Positions 51,671-64,000 of a DNA stretch of 64,000 bases are shown one piece after another. The first letter of the stretch is position 1. Every line of letters starts with the position of its first letter. Under the pieces are notes generated by a model, which was given only the letters and a program-made list of their open reading frames with translations, searched no databases and was not told the DNA's origin. The stretch lies in contig CATQHZ020000001.1 in NCBI GenBank assembly GCA_958296135.2, positions 1,696,001 through 1,760,000 on the forward strand, read 5' to 3'. This DNA is from an uncultured Poribacteria bacterium (lineage in GTDB: Bacteria > Poribacteria > WGA-4E > WGA-3G). The translations under genes were made by a program, and so were the position numbers.

Positions 51671-52256
51671 TGTTTGACCTCCTGTTGTCAATTTGGTTGG
51701 CATTATGAATAAGACTTACGCAAAGGTTTCCGTAAGTCTCCAGCGGTAGGCGCGGTGTGTCACCGCGCCTACGCGGTTTGTTCTGCGTCCGTCCTATTGG
51801 CATTATCACAAACAATACATAGCAAATATCGTGCCAAAGCGAATCTGTCGGATTAACAGCATTTCATTCGGGTTTTCTCCGGTCTGCTTGTTCAAAACAG
51901 ATAATTTTGTTCAAAAAGTGAACAGCATGGCCGTTCACCAACAGAACGATTCAGTTTCCCCGATGAATCTTGTAAGGACAGATGTCCATATCTGTCCGCT
52001 GCGGGAGACACAGGCTGATATAGAAAGCCGCCCTTACACTGCCTGCATCTTAAGGGTGCTCAGTTCACCAAATTATTTTCTTGACATATCTCCGAGAAAT
52101 TTGCTAAAATGGAGAAATGCCTCACGAAACTGAGAAAAATTGCATCACGCCCGATGGATTGATACCCAATTCATCTCTGTAGTTCGGGCTCAAGCCCCGC
52201 GGTCTTGAGTTACAGACGCGAGTTAAATCAACCTCATGGGGGATAAGTAGAAATAT

Positions 52257-53621
52257 ATGGCAGATACACAAAAACCTAACGTCCTTGTCTTTTTCACGGA
52301 TCAGCAGCGATGGGATACCTCCGGATTACACGGCAATCCGTTGGATCTGATGCCGAATTTTGACCGGATGGCGCAGCGAGGGACACACGTTCACCGTTCC
52401 TTCACGTGCCAGCCGGTGTGCGGTCCGGCGCGCTCATGCCTGCAGACAGGGCTTTATGCCACGCGCACCGGGTGCTTCCGCAACGGCATTCCGTTATCGC
52501 CGAACCTCAAGACGCTCGCGCACCACTTCGGTGAAGCAGGATATGCCACCGGTTACATCGGCAAGTGGCACCTCTATAGTGGGCGCGGTTCGGGCCCGGG
52601 GCCTGTCCCTGCTGCGCATCGCGGCGGTTACGATTCCTGGTTGGCATCCAACACGCTGGAATTCACATCTGATGCTTATCAGACGACGCTTTACGATAAC
52701 GACAATCAGCCGGTGGAGCTGCCCGGCTACCGTGTGGACGCGCTCACCGATGCCGTGATTCGTTACGTTGACAACCATAAGCAGGATCCGTTTTACCTGT
52801 TTACCTCTTACATTGAACCGCATCACCAGAACCATTTGGACGATTATCCGCCGCCAGATGGATATCGCGAACGGTATACAGGAAAGTGGATCCCGCCAGA
52901 CCTCGCCGCACTGGGCGGCTCAACGCATCAGCACCTCGGCGGCTACTACGGCATGGTGAAACGGCTGGACGAGGCGTTGGGACGCATTTTGGACGCGCTC
53001 AAGAGTCTCAACCTGCTTGACAACACGATTATCCTCTTCACGTCCGACCACGGGTGTCATTTCAAAACCCGCAACGGTGAGTACAAACGTTCGTGCCATG
53101 AGAGTTCAATTCGCGTGCCGACTGCGTTTCATGGGCCCGGGTTTATCAACGGTGGGCAAATCCAAGAGCTCGTCAGTCTTGTCGATTTACCGCCGACGCT
53201 GTTGGATGCCGCAGGCTTGGAAGTGCCAGGTGAGATGCAGGGACGTTCCATCCTGCCGCTCCTGCGTGGCGACAACGCCGAGTGGCCGGAAGAGGTCTTC
53301 GTTCAGATTAGCGAGGCGCAGGTAGGACGCGCGGTGCGAACGCAGCGTTGGAAATACGGCGTGGATGCACCCGATAAAAACGGCGGCAGGGACGCAGGTT
53401 CGTCGCGTTATGGAGAGCAATACCTCTACGATTTGCAGGCAGATCCTTATGAATTGCGGAACCTCATCGGCTTGCAATCACATGAAATTGTGACAGAGGT
53501 GATGCGGGAACGGCTGATTCGACGGATGCTTGAGGCAGGTGAAGAGGCACCAGCGATAGAAAAGGCACCGACGCAGCCGAGTGGGCAACGCCGCGTTACT
53601 GAAGCGGAGGCAAGGAGTTAA
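52257..53621 (+). CDS. Formylglycine-dependent sulfatase
   Basis: PNVLVFFTDQQR, CGPAR (CxPxR), GKWHL, TSDHG. Confidence 0.94.
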   Translation: MADTQKPNVLVFFTDQQRWDTSGLHGNPLDLMPNFDRMAQRGTHVHRSFTCQPVCGPARSCLQTGLYATRTGCFRNGIPLSPNLKTLAHHFGEAGYATGYIGKWHLYSGRGSGPGPVPAAHRGGYDSWLASNTLEFTSDAYQTTLYDNDNQPVELPGYRVDALTDAVIRYVDNHKQDPFYLFTSYIEPHHQNHLDDYPPPDGYRERYTGKWIPPDLAALGGSTHQHLGGYYGMVKRLDEALGRILDALKSLNLLDNTIILFTSDHGCHFKTRNGEYKRSCHESSIRVPTAFHGPGFINGGQIQELVSLVDLPPTLLDAAGLEVPGEMQGRSILPLLRGDNAEWPEEVFVQISEAQVGRAVRTQRWKYGVDAPDKNGGRDAGSSRYGEQYLYDLQADPYELRNLIGLQSHEIVTEVMRERLIRRMLEAGEEAPAIEKAPTQPSGQRRVTEAEARS

Positions 53622-53622
53622 T

Positions 53623-54768
53623 ATGAAAATCACAGATGTCAAAACCCTCGTGATGGGCACCAGTTGGCGAAACCTCACTTTCGTTAAAGTGGAAACCGAT
53701 GAAGGGTTAACCGGCGTTAGCGAAGTGCGGATGAACAACCGCACCGATGCACTTGTCGCTTATCTGGACGGCGCGAAGAAACGACACGTCATCGGCCGCG
53801 ACCCGTTCAACACGGAAGACCTTTATCAACGGATGTTCCGTAATGACTACGGGCGCGCTGGCGAAATCGTCGCTACCGGTATCAGCATCGTGGAAGTCGC
53901 ATGCTGGGATATCATCGGTAAGGCACTCAACCAGCCTGTCTATCGCTTGCTCGGTGGCGCGTGCCGCAACGAAATCAAGGCGTATGCAAACGGCTGGTAT
54001 CGCGTCGAACGCACACCCGAAGAATTTCACGCCGCCGCCAAAAAGGTGCTGGAGAAAGGCTATAAGGCACTCAAATTCGACCCGTTTGGTGCCGGTTACT
54101 ACGAACTCTCTTATGAAGAGAAGTTAAGGTCTGTCTCGCTAGTGGAAGCGGTGCGCGATGCCGTCGGACCTGACGTTGAAATTCTCGTTGAGATGCACGG
54201 CCGGTTTAGTCCCTATACCGCCATTGAAATCTCCGCGGAACTGGAGCAGTTCAAACCGAGTTGGGTAGAGGAACCGGTACCGCCGGATAACATCGCCGCA
54301 CTCGCGAAAGCGGCTGACAAGATTAACCTCCCTGTCGCTACCGGCGAACGGCTCCACAACAAGTTTGAATACCGCGAACTGATTACCCTACAGGCGGCGG
54401 ACATCCTTCAACCGGACATCACGCAGACAGGTGGCTTTTCTGAAACGAAGAAAATTGCGGCGATGGGCGATATGTGCTACATGACCGTGGCTCCGCACAA
54501 CGTCGGCGGGCCCGTCTCCACCGCGACTGCGCTGCACTTTGCTGCGTCTACGCCGAATTTCAAGATTCAGGAGCATTTCAACGATTTCTCCGAGGCGTGG
54601 GTGAAAGAGGCTGCAACCGGCTGCCCCGAAGTTATTGACGGCTATTTCAGCCTCCCCGGCGGACCCGGCCTCGGCATGGAATTAAACGAGGAGCTCATCG
54701 CCGAGCATCCCTATCGCGAGGGTTCATTCAATCTCTGGGAAGATGATTGGCATAAACGGGAGTATTAA
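53623..54768 (+). CDS. Mandelate racemase/galactonate dehydratase-like enolase superfamily protein
   Basis: WDIIGK, YANGW, KFDPF, EMHGR, EEP, GERL, APHN. Confidence 0.9.
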   Translation: MKITDVKTLVMGTSWRNLTFVKVETDEGLTGVSEVRMNNRTDALVAYLDGAKKRHVIGRDPFNTEDLYQRMFRNDYGRAGEIVATGISIVEVACWDIIGKALNQPVYRLLGGACRNEIKAYANGWYRVERTPEEFHAAAKKVLEKGYKALKFDPFGAGYYELSYEEKLRSVSLVEAVRDAVGPDVEILVEMHGRFSPYTAIEISAELEQFKPSWVEEPVPPDNIAALAKAADKINLPVATGERLHNKFEYRELITLQAADILQPDITQTGGFSETKKIAAMGDMCYMTVAPHNVGGPVSTATALHFAASTPNFKIQEHFNDFSEAWVKEAATGCPEVIDGYFSLPGGPGLGMELNEELIAEHPYREGSFNLWEDDWHKREY

Positions 54769-54910
54769 TACGGTTGCATAGATACCGTAGGGCGAGGGCC
54801 GTCACAGTCACGCCTACAGCAAACAGGCGTGTGTTGTCCCGCGTCAGCAGGCTACCTTTAACGCTGGCAATCGCTGCACGACGAGGGACAGGCCCTCGTC
54901 CTACGGTTAA

Positions 54911-57365
<2,455 letters not shown>

Positions 57366-57425
57366 GGTGGTTTGCCTCCCTGTCGTTAAGAAATTTATAT
57401 CAAATGGAAAACGAGACATATCAGG

Positions 57426-60400
57426 TTAGTAGGGTATCTGTTGCTGCGGAGCCGCATTCTCTTCTTCCTCCGCCGCCCACTCTTTCAGAAGGATACCCCG
57501 TTCTGCCAGTGCCACCATTTCAGTTTCAAGAGCTCTCTCGTCTTCCGCTTCCGAGCCGGTCAGAATGATGCCTCTCTGTTCCAACTTTTCGCGTTCGGTA
57601 GAAAGATTGCAGATGGATTGCTTCTCCGCGTGAACGCTTGGTTCTGCCGAGAGCATTTTACGCAGTTTCTGCATCGCTTTATGGACAGTGATTTCGCTTA
57701 TGCCGAACACCTCCAACAAGAGTCTGGCATCAAGAACATGCCGCCATTCGTCGTTTTTGCACTCGTTAAACGGCTTCATCCGACGTTCACGAATATTTGT
57801 AAACAACTCCCCTCCTGCCATCAACTGCCCATCGGTGAGTTCACGCACATCCAATGTCGGTAATGTTCGGAGCGAGTTTAACTTAATTTTTCCGCGCCCT
57901 GCCTGCTGTTTTCCACTATGCATCCAGTGGCAGAACCATCCCAACGTGGAATTGCACCATAGCGTGAACACTACTTCGTGCCGCGAGTCTACAAACTTAA
58001 CATTCGTTATTGCACTGACACCGATGGAGGGGGCCTCGGTAAACATCGCCAGTTGGGATGTCGCACTGAATGTCGGGAGCATATAATAGTGTGCGCGGCT
58101 GTTAACGCTCAGCACTTTTTCGAGTTGATGACGGTTTTCGCGCCGCACGAACCCCCGCGAATCGGGTTGGATAACCATCCCTCTCTGCTGTTGACAGTTG
58201 GCGCGCGAGATGCAGGGATACCCATCGCTTTCTGTGTCGTCAGTCTTCACGACATCCAGCGGTCCTTTTTTGCCACGGATTACGTCAGAATGGAATCCAA
58301 TTTCGGCGATGTCTTCAACATGACAAATTGGGATATTGAGATGCTTCGTTTGGAGAGGCAGACATATTCGCGCGTGGCGCAAGTGGTGGGCAACTTGGAG
58401 CAACGCCATCGATTTCGTTCGGTTCGCACTCCACGTATCGTTAAGCGGCAGCGGACAGTCCAATAGGTTGCCAATAGGTTGTGAACCAACCTGAAGGGTA
58501 TCACCTCCGCTTGGTAGGTTCTCGGCCTGCTGGACGTTTTTTAACCGATGGATGCTGTTCGCGATGAATTCAGCTTCCAAGTTGCTTTCGGGCCGCTGTT
58601 TCAGGCAGACGAATGTGCCTCTCCCGGTGTTTTTTCCAACCCCTTTCTTCGCGACTACCATGCACTCGGCCATGTTAGTATCAGCGGAGAACGCGCAGTC
58701 GGAAGCTCTCGCCGCTGCAATCGTCACAACGACAACGTCACGGTATTCGGTTGCTAACATGTTTCGCAATTTCGTGGCACTAGATCCGGCGAGAACCGCG
58801 GCAGTGAGGATAAACCCCATCGTCCCCCCGGGGCGCAACTTCCGATCGGCGAGGTCGATGAAATACGAACCTAGCCCGTATTGCCCATTAGCAACCCGGG
58901 AATCTTTTCTTTGGAGGGCATTCTGCATTTCTTTCTTGTCCTCCTCAGAGTGGAAGTTACTTTGGAATACAGACCGAGGCACTTCACTTGAATTTTCTGC
59001 GCCCGGACGTATAAACGGCGGGTTTTGGATGACAATGTCCATTTCGCCATCGGGAAATTCCCGTTTTATCTCAATAGATGTGCGCTCCGTACCACCAACC
59101 TGCTCGCCTTCGTTTTCCATCTCGTCAAAAAGCAGTTGGGTGTCAAGCAGTTCCAATGCTCCCACAGCGTAGGTGTCTGTATGCCGCTTCCCGTAAGGCG
59201 CGGTGATAACACGGGTTGCCCCGAGGGGTATGCTCGGCTGCGCGCTCGCCATCGTAGCAAACGTAATGTGCGTCGCATTCGGCATAATGTCAGTTCCCGC
59301 CAGATTGTTCTCCAGCATCTCCCTGTGGATTTCGGAGGCATCCCCACCGTTTTGTTCCCAGAGAGCCTGCACGCGCTTGTAAACGCCGTTCAGCAAAGAG
59401 CCCGTCCCACAAGCAAAATCCGCCACCTTCGGTAACCGTCCATTTGGCAGCTCAGGACACACTAATGCGGATAGCAGTGCGGCACTTGTCGGCAGGGTGT
59501 AGTTCGCCTTAATGTATTTCCTATCAACGATGAGCCGCTGGAATACCTCGCCCGCGAGTTCATGAATCTGCGAGAGTCTTGACTGCACGAGGTTGTTCGC
59601 CGCCGCGCACAGTTTTTGAAGCAGCTTGTTCACAAGAGCACCGTCGGTAGCGAATGCCTCTACCATCCGCTTGGCATCCCAAAAAATCGGCTGGTAGTTT
59701 ACCGCGAGGATAGTTTCCCAATCGTCTACGACAGCAGCCCAATTCATTACTCGTAACCGCTGTTCCAGAGATTTCACGGACTCCACCCGCTCTTTTCCCG
59801 CCAGCGAATCTTGGAACACGAATGCATCCGTGATGATAAGGCATGCCATCCGCGCAGTCTGTTTTCCGCGCTCCTGATGCAGGATAGCTTCCAAACTGTC
59901 ACCGATAGCCGGACGTTCCTGAACGGCGCGGTGTAACCATTTCGCAGCGACGTTAATCTCACGTTCTAGTTCCTCGGCAGCTTCGTCAATGCGTTCACTC
60001 GGCACTGCACCGACGTGTAGGGCATTTGCGACATCTCCCACCGTTCCTTTCGCAAACCCTTTGCAAGGGAACCGATACGGCTCGCCGTGACTTTGTCCCA
60101 TTAACAGATACTCCAACTCGTCTGTCTTGCGCAACCGCTCCTCAATGTCACGCTGTTCCACCCTTTGCAACCACTTCGGGTATCGAATTGCCATGACGGT
60201 GTGCATCGTATCGGTTACGTCAATGTAGTCCATTTCTAGCAAGCATCCGATGTGTTCCTGTGCCTGTGCAACAACATCATCAGACGAACCGATATATTTC
60301 GCCTCAATAGCGACAGGCTCATGCCCCTCTTTCGTCATAATAATGTCCGGTTGCCGTTGGCTGTATCGCAGCGGCTTTTGCTGCTGCCGCAGCGTCCAAC

Positions 60401-60467
60401 TTTTGCTCATGCTGTCCAAAATGCGGACTAGTTCATTTGTTATGGTGTTCTCGTTTTGTCTTAACAT
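57426..60467 (-). CDS. Type IIG-like restriction-modification fusion (nuclease + amino-methyltransferase + putative TRD)
   Basis: N-terminal PD..IEAK; motif I VADFACGTGSLL; motif IV QNPPF. Confidence 0.85.
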   Translation of the reverse strand: MLRQNENTITNELVRILDSMSKSWTLRQQQKPLRYSQRQPDIIMTKEGHEPVAIEAKYIGSSDDVVAQAQEHIGCLLEMDYIDVTDTMHTVMAIRYPKWLQRVEQRDIEERLRKTDELEYLLMGQSHGEPYRFPCKGFAKGTVGDVANALHVGAVPSERIDEAAEELEREINVAAKWLHRAVQERPAIGDSLEAILHQERGKQTARMACLIITDAFVFQDSLAGKERVESVKSLEQRLRVMNWAAVVDDWETILAVNYQPIFWDAKRMVEAFATDGALVNKLLQKLCAAANNLVQSRLSQIHELAGEVFQRLIVDRKYIKANYTLPTSAALLSALVCPELPNGRLPKVADFACGTGSLLNGVYKRVQALWEQNGGDASEIHREMLENNLAGTDIMPNATHITFATMASAQPSIPLGATRVITAPYGKRHTDTYAVGALELLDTQLLFDEMENEGEQVGGTERTSIEIKREFPDGEMDIVIQNPPFIRPGAENSSEVPRSVFQSNFHSEEDKKEMQNALQRKDSRVANGQYGLGSYFIDLADRKLRPGGTMGFILTAAVLAGSSATKLRNMLATEYRDVVVVTIAAARASDCAFSADTNMAECMVVAKKGVGKNTGRGTFVCLKQRPESNLEAEFIANSIHRLKNVQQAENLPSGGDTLQVGSQPIGNLLDCPLPLNDTWSANRTKSMALLQVAHHLRHARICLPLQTKHLNIPICHVEDIAEIGFHSDVIRGKKGPLDVVKTDDTESDGYPCISRANCQQQRGMVIQPDSRGFVRRENRHQLEKVLSVNSRAHYYMLPTFSATSQLAMFTEAPSIGVSAITNVKFVDSRHEVVFTLWCNSTLGWFCHWMHSGKQQAGRGKIKLNSLRTLPTLDVRELTDGQLMAGGELFTNIRERRMKPFNECKNDEWRHVLDARLLLEVFGISEITVHKAMQKLRKMLSAEPSVHAEKQSICNLSTEREKLEQRGIILTGSEAEDERALETEMVALAERGILLKEWAAEEEENAAPQQQIPY

Positions 60468-60573
60468 GACTTACTCCGTTAAAATTTTTAGGAAACCAGT
60501 CTCCAAACGGTATCGCTAGCGTCGGCGATTTTTAATTAGGATACGATGAGGTGACAAAAAAAGTCAACTATTT

Positions 60574-61182
60574 TTACACAACGTCATCAATCGCTTCGCA
60601 AACGTCTACGATGAAATTGACGGCCCGCTCCGAATCAGCAGGAGAAATCGGCCAACGAATCGCAGGCTGACCTGGGGAACTCGGGGCCCAGTCTGCCTCG
60701 TGGACAATCTGATTTCGGCGGTTGACGATGACCAAAAGCTGCGTCTTCACCTCTAGACCGGTGAGGTTGAGTTTCGCAGCAACAGCCGGCCACAACTCAC
60801 ATGAGGAAAAGAGCCGCACTGCATCGGCTATCTTGTCGGGGTGTTGCAACGCCTGATAGCCATGCTTTTTGCGGATCTCCGACTCAAGCCACTCGTTACG
60901 TCCGGGCCGAGCAATTGCTTCTATCACTGCATCCATGGCGACTTGGAAGCGCGAGAAAGCTTTCGTCTGTGGGCGTTTGCCATCGTATCCCTCCAGCATG
61001 CCAATCCGCGTGATTTCGTGGATGTAGAGGTCCATCGCGCTCACGGCCAGCACGATTTGCGAGCGGAGGAGATCCGTCAAATCCACGGCGGGGGTTGTCA
61101 ATTGGCCGAATGCGTGATATAAACCTCCGAGGGCGCGGACCCGTTCCATATTTTCTCGAAATTGTCCAATAGGGCTATTCAT
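60574..61182 (-). CDS. HEPN-domain protein (putative RNase)
   Basis: Helical-looking sequence, DLLRSQIVLAVSAMDLYIHE, RxxxxH motif RNQIVH. Confidence 0.8.
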   Translation of the reverse strand: MNSPIGQFRENMERVRALGGLYHAFGQLTTPAVDLTDLLRSQIVLAVSAMDLYIHEITRIGMLEGYDGKRPQTKAFSRFQVAMDAVIEAIARPGRNEWLESEIRKKHGYQALQHPDKIADAVRLFSSCELWPAVAAKLNLTGLEVKTQLLVIVNRRNQIVHEADWAPSSPGQPAIRWPISPADSERAVNFIVDVCEAIDDVV

Positions 61183-62281
61183 CTTTCGTCAGTGCGATGA
61201 TCCGGTCCGCGCCTGCGGCGAAGAGTTCCCGAAACTTCGACATCGCCTCCTTGGTATTTTCAAGAGGGTTTCCTGTTTGTCCGATTTGCGCATCAGTCAG
61301 CTCAAAAACCGGGGCTTTATATTCTTGTGAAAGCGCGATGAGACTGTTGAAGTCTGATACCTGGAGAAGTGGCCGTGCTATCATGAGTTCTCTCATGAAT
61401 TCTGGAAATAGGAGTTGGTCCGGTTCTGCGGAATCCGAGGCAATCCGGCTTGCCTCCTCATATCGCGCGTCAGGAAGGAGCATATCGTTTTCCCTAAGAG
61501 CGGGAATAAGCCTTGTCTCAATTCCGAATTTGATTTTGTCAATCCACCTTTGAAAGGCGCGAGCAGGAGTATCATCCCTGACGCGATAATTCTGAATTAT
61601 CGTTCCCAGAAACTTGGGTGACTTATCTGGGAACGGATAAATCGCGTCTTGTAAGAGAGAGGAAGTTTTTGCGTGCTTTGCCCACGCGGACCACTTCGGC
61701 AAAATTGAGGCAAGGCTCTCTGTCGCCATTGCGGAGAAGTAGTCCGGAAACATCGGCACGATGAAATAGTTGCTCGTCATGAGCAGATTCTGGTTCATCG
61801 GTCCAACGCTTGGGCTCATGTCCACCAAGATAAAATCGGCATCGTATTTCTCCGCGGTTTTCTCGAAAAGATGGTGGAGAGAGCCCGGCAGATTCTTGAG
61901 GGTGACTAGGGAACCGGATAACTCTTGTGCGATCCCCAAAGTAACTTCGTATCCGGCAATGCCGATGTGCCCCGGCAACAGGACCATATTCGGCTGGTCT
62001 TGGATTGGCTCACAAACTACCGGTTCAATGACTACGGGCCGTGATTCAAAAGCAGGGGAAAGTCCATTACGGATATTCCTCACCTCTTCGGATTCATAAA
62101 TTGAGTCAAAATCCCTGGCACCCTCAAACCCGAGCACCATGCCGGTGAGGTTACACTGCGGATCGCAGTCAACGATGATAACCTTCTTTCCTTTGTTGGC
62201 CAGCATCCAGCCGAGATTGAAGGTAGTCGTCGTCTTGCCGACACCGCCTTTGTGGTTGAAAAGCGCGATCTGTTTTGCCAT
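61175..62281 (-). CDS. ParA/Soj-family ATPase
   Basis: Deviant Walker A NHKGGVGKTT, VDCDPQCNLT, LVDMSPS. Confidence 0.9.
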   Translation of the reverse strand: MAKQIALFNHKGGVGKTTTTFNLGWMLANKGKKVIIVDCDPQCNLTGMVLGFEGARDFDSIYESEEVRNIRNGLSPAFESRPVVIEPVVCEPIQDQPNMVLLPGHIGIAGYEVTLGIAQELSGSLVTLKNLPGSLHHLFEKTAEKYDADFILVDMSPSVGPMNQNLLMTSNYFIVPMFPDYFSAMATESLASILPKWSAWAKHAKTSSLLQDAIYPFPDKSPKFLGTIIQNYRVRDDTPARAFQRWIDKIKFGIETRLIPALRENDMLLPDARYEEASRIASDSAEPDQLLFPEFMRELMIARPLLQVSDFNSLIALSQEYKAPVFELTDAQIGQTGNPLENTKEAMSKFRELFAAGADRIIALTKDE

Positions 62282-62499
62282 CGTAATTCTCCGATTGGGT
62301 TCTGTTTGGTGTTAATTTTATCATAAACCGATGTTGATTTCAAGGAAAAATTGTCAATTAATACCAATTCAGGAGAAGCAGCCTCTTTGAGTAGGGGCCG
62401 ATACGTTTTTCTATAGACATATAGAGGTCCTAGCAGACCTAAAGAAGCGTTCCAAGAGACAGAACCCCTCCTAATCCTGGAAATCCTGCTTCAGACAGT

Positions 62500-62700
62500 A
62501 AGAAAACGAAATGCTCCAGCTCTCTCCGGCACGACTTCCCCTACCGTCAATCCTGCCTCAAGAAGTGCGCGCACCGATTCAATATCGGAGGCGGGTCTGA
62601 CAGTTGTGCCCTCTCGCACAGGCTCAAGCACCAGCACCTCCCGGCCATCAATACCAGCATCAGTCAGGAGCGCGTCGCTGTGGGTGCTGATGGGACTATC
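62500..62700 (-). pseudogene. C-terminal relic of an AAA_21/ABC-type ATPase
   Basis: STHSDALLTDAGIDGREVLVLEPVREGTTV..ALLEAGL resembles the H-loop and C-terminus; no Walker motifs or start. Confidence 0.55.
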
Positions 62701-62843
62701 CTGTTCAAAGTCGAGGTTAATTGATGATATTATACACGCTGTGTGTCTACTTGTCAACTTAAACAGGCAGCTCTGTATGAAAACGTCAATAGCACCAACA
62801 ACATCATCCTGAAAATCCTGCTTCAGACAGAATAAAAATTTTC

Positions 62844-62872
62844 TTGACATATTCCCCGAATTTCCATAAGAT
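62844..62872 (+). promoter_or_regulatory. Sigma70-type promoter
   Basis: TTGACA-17 nt-TAAGAT. Confidence 0.65.
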
Positions 62873-62904
62873 ACATCCACAGAGTCAAAAACGAGGAGAA
62901 GACA

Positions 62905-63687
62905 ATGGACAACCTAGAGATGCTCCAATATCTGTTTGACTTGCAGGGATACATCGTCATTGAAGATGTGCTGACACCCGCCGAGGTCGCGGAGCTGAAC
63001 AACCTTATTGACGCGCAGCAACTGCCGCCGCCCGGAAAAATCCGACGCTTCGGCGGTGCAGCAGGCGGCGCGCCCGAAGGCTCCGGATTTCTGGAATGGG
63101 GACACCCCTTCTGCGAGCTACTCGATCATCCCCGCATCTTGCCGATGCTCCAGTTCATGCTCGGAGATAGCATCCGGCTGGACAGGATTTACGGTATGTA
63201 TATGGAGGAAGGCATGTCCGCCGGGGCACTGCACGGCTCGAATACGCCGTATTCGCCCGGCGAATTCTATCACGTCCGAGACGGCAGGATTCATAACGGG
63301 TTCACGGTGGTGACGTGGAATTTGGCGGATACAGGACCGGACGCTGGCGGATTCTGCTGTATCCCCGGCAGCCATAAGAGCAACTTTAAACTTCCACAGG
63401 AAGTCTTCAAGGCACCGGAGAAGGCGAGCTGCGTGACGGTTCCGGTGGCGAAAGCCGGCTCGGCAATCCTCTTCTCGGAGGCCCTGACGCACGGCACGGC
63501 GATGTGGACAGCGAAGCATCAGCGGCGTTCGCTCCTGTATAAATACTGCCAATCGCAGATTGCGTGGGGTGCTGGGCGCGTCAGACCGCCGTCCAACGTT
63601 GAATTGACCTCTCGCCAGAAATTGCTCTTTTTGGAACCGGCGAATCCGGGGAATTTTTATCCATCCCTTTTCGCCGCAGCCTCGTAG
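62905..63687 (+). CDS. Phytanoyl-CoA dioxygenase (PhyH) family protein
   Basis: FDLQGYIVIEDVL, LHG, GGFCCIPGSHKSN, EALTHGT, RRSLLYKY. Confidence 0.9.
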   Translation: MDNLEMLQYLFDLQGYIVIEDVLTPAEVAELNNLIDAQQLPPPGKIRRFGGAAGGAPEGSGFLEWGHPFCELLDHPRILPMLQFMLGDSIRLDRIYGMYMEEGMSAGALHGSNTPYSPGEFYHVRDGRIHNGFTVVTWNLADTGPDAGGFCCIPGSHKSNFKLPQEVFKAPEKASCVTVPVAKAGSAILFSEALTHGTAMWTAKHQRRSLLYKYCQSQIAWGAGRVRPPSNVELTSRQKLLFLEPANPGNFYPSLFAAAS

Positions 63688-63912
63688 AGTCAATAACGCC
63701 CTAGTAACGTAGCGCAGGGGTATATCCTCCGCAAGCGATGAATGTTCTGGAACTGTAGCGCGGGGGCCTATCCCCCGCGATTGTGACACGGCGAGGGGGA
63801 ACCCTCGGCGATTCGCGCTCGCCGGGTTTTCCCTCGCCCTACGGGAAGGGGTGCCGGTTTGGGACATAACCCGATTGAATCTTATCGGAACGAGAAACAT
63901 AGGAGAATCGCG

Positions 63913-64000
63913 ATGCCGAAACGAGTTAATAAGGCAATCGAATTGCTTGAAGCAGACCAGCCTGTCTTTTACACGGGCAGTCACACAGGCGCGGATTTGA
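63913..64000 (+). CDS. Partial CDS, possibly HpcH/HpaI aldolase-like
   Basis: RBS AGGAG; MPKRVNKAIELLEADQPVFYTG; truncated by window end. Confidence 0.55.
   Translation, partial: MPKRVNKAIELLEADQPVFYTGSHTGADL

Noticed and set aside
52580-52620. REP insertion in the sulfatase (GPGPVP, GGGCCTGTCCC)
   Set aside because: No GTAG head or full stem; a PVP..RGG segment looks native to this sulfatase type.
63118-63984. 288-aa minus-strand ORF
   Set aside because: Antisense shadow of the PhyH gene and REPs.

Overview
Bacterial chromosomal window, most likely Candidatus Poribacteria. This is inferred from a LamG protein with the AVxPxGKLTTTWGxLK tail, two PhyH-family dioxygenases, a sulfatase and dense GTAG/GTAA palindromic repeats. 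It carries housekeeping genes (purF, purM, rsmA, coaBC, gmk, lysA, a GlnT/GmaS-type synthetase), a MacAB-like exporter, a TonB/TonB-dependent receptor cluster, many catabolic enzymes and a small defence island (Type IIG-like R-M fusion, HEPN protein, ParA-like ATPase, ATPase relic). Most notable: (1) a two-gene redox module pairing a lipoprotein cytochrome c that ends in 60 Asp residues with a membrane di-heme-b/tri-heme-c protein; (2) REP-like palindromes that form tandem arrays, sit in-frame inside coaBC and a TonB-dependent receptor, and overlap stop codons; (3) a coupled ParA-HEPN pair; (4) a LysA resembling the plant enzyme; (5) several internally collapsed gene relics. No rRNA, tRNA, CRISPR array or transposase was recognised. 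All family calls come from motif recognition by eye, not database searches.
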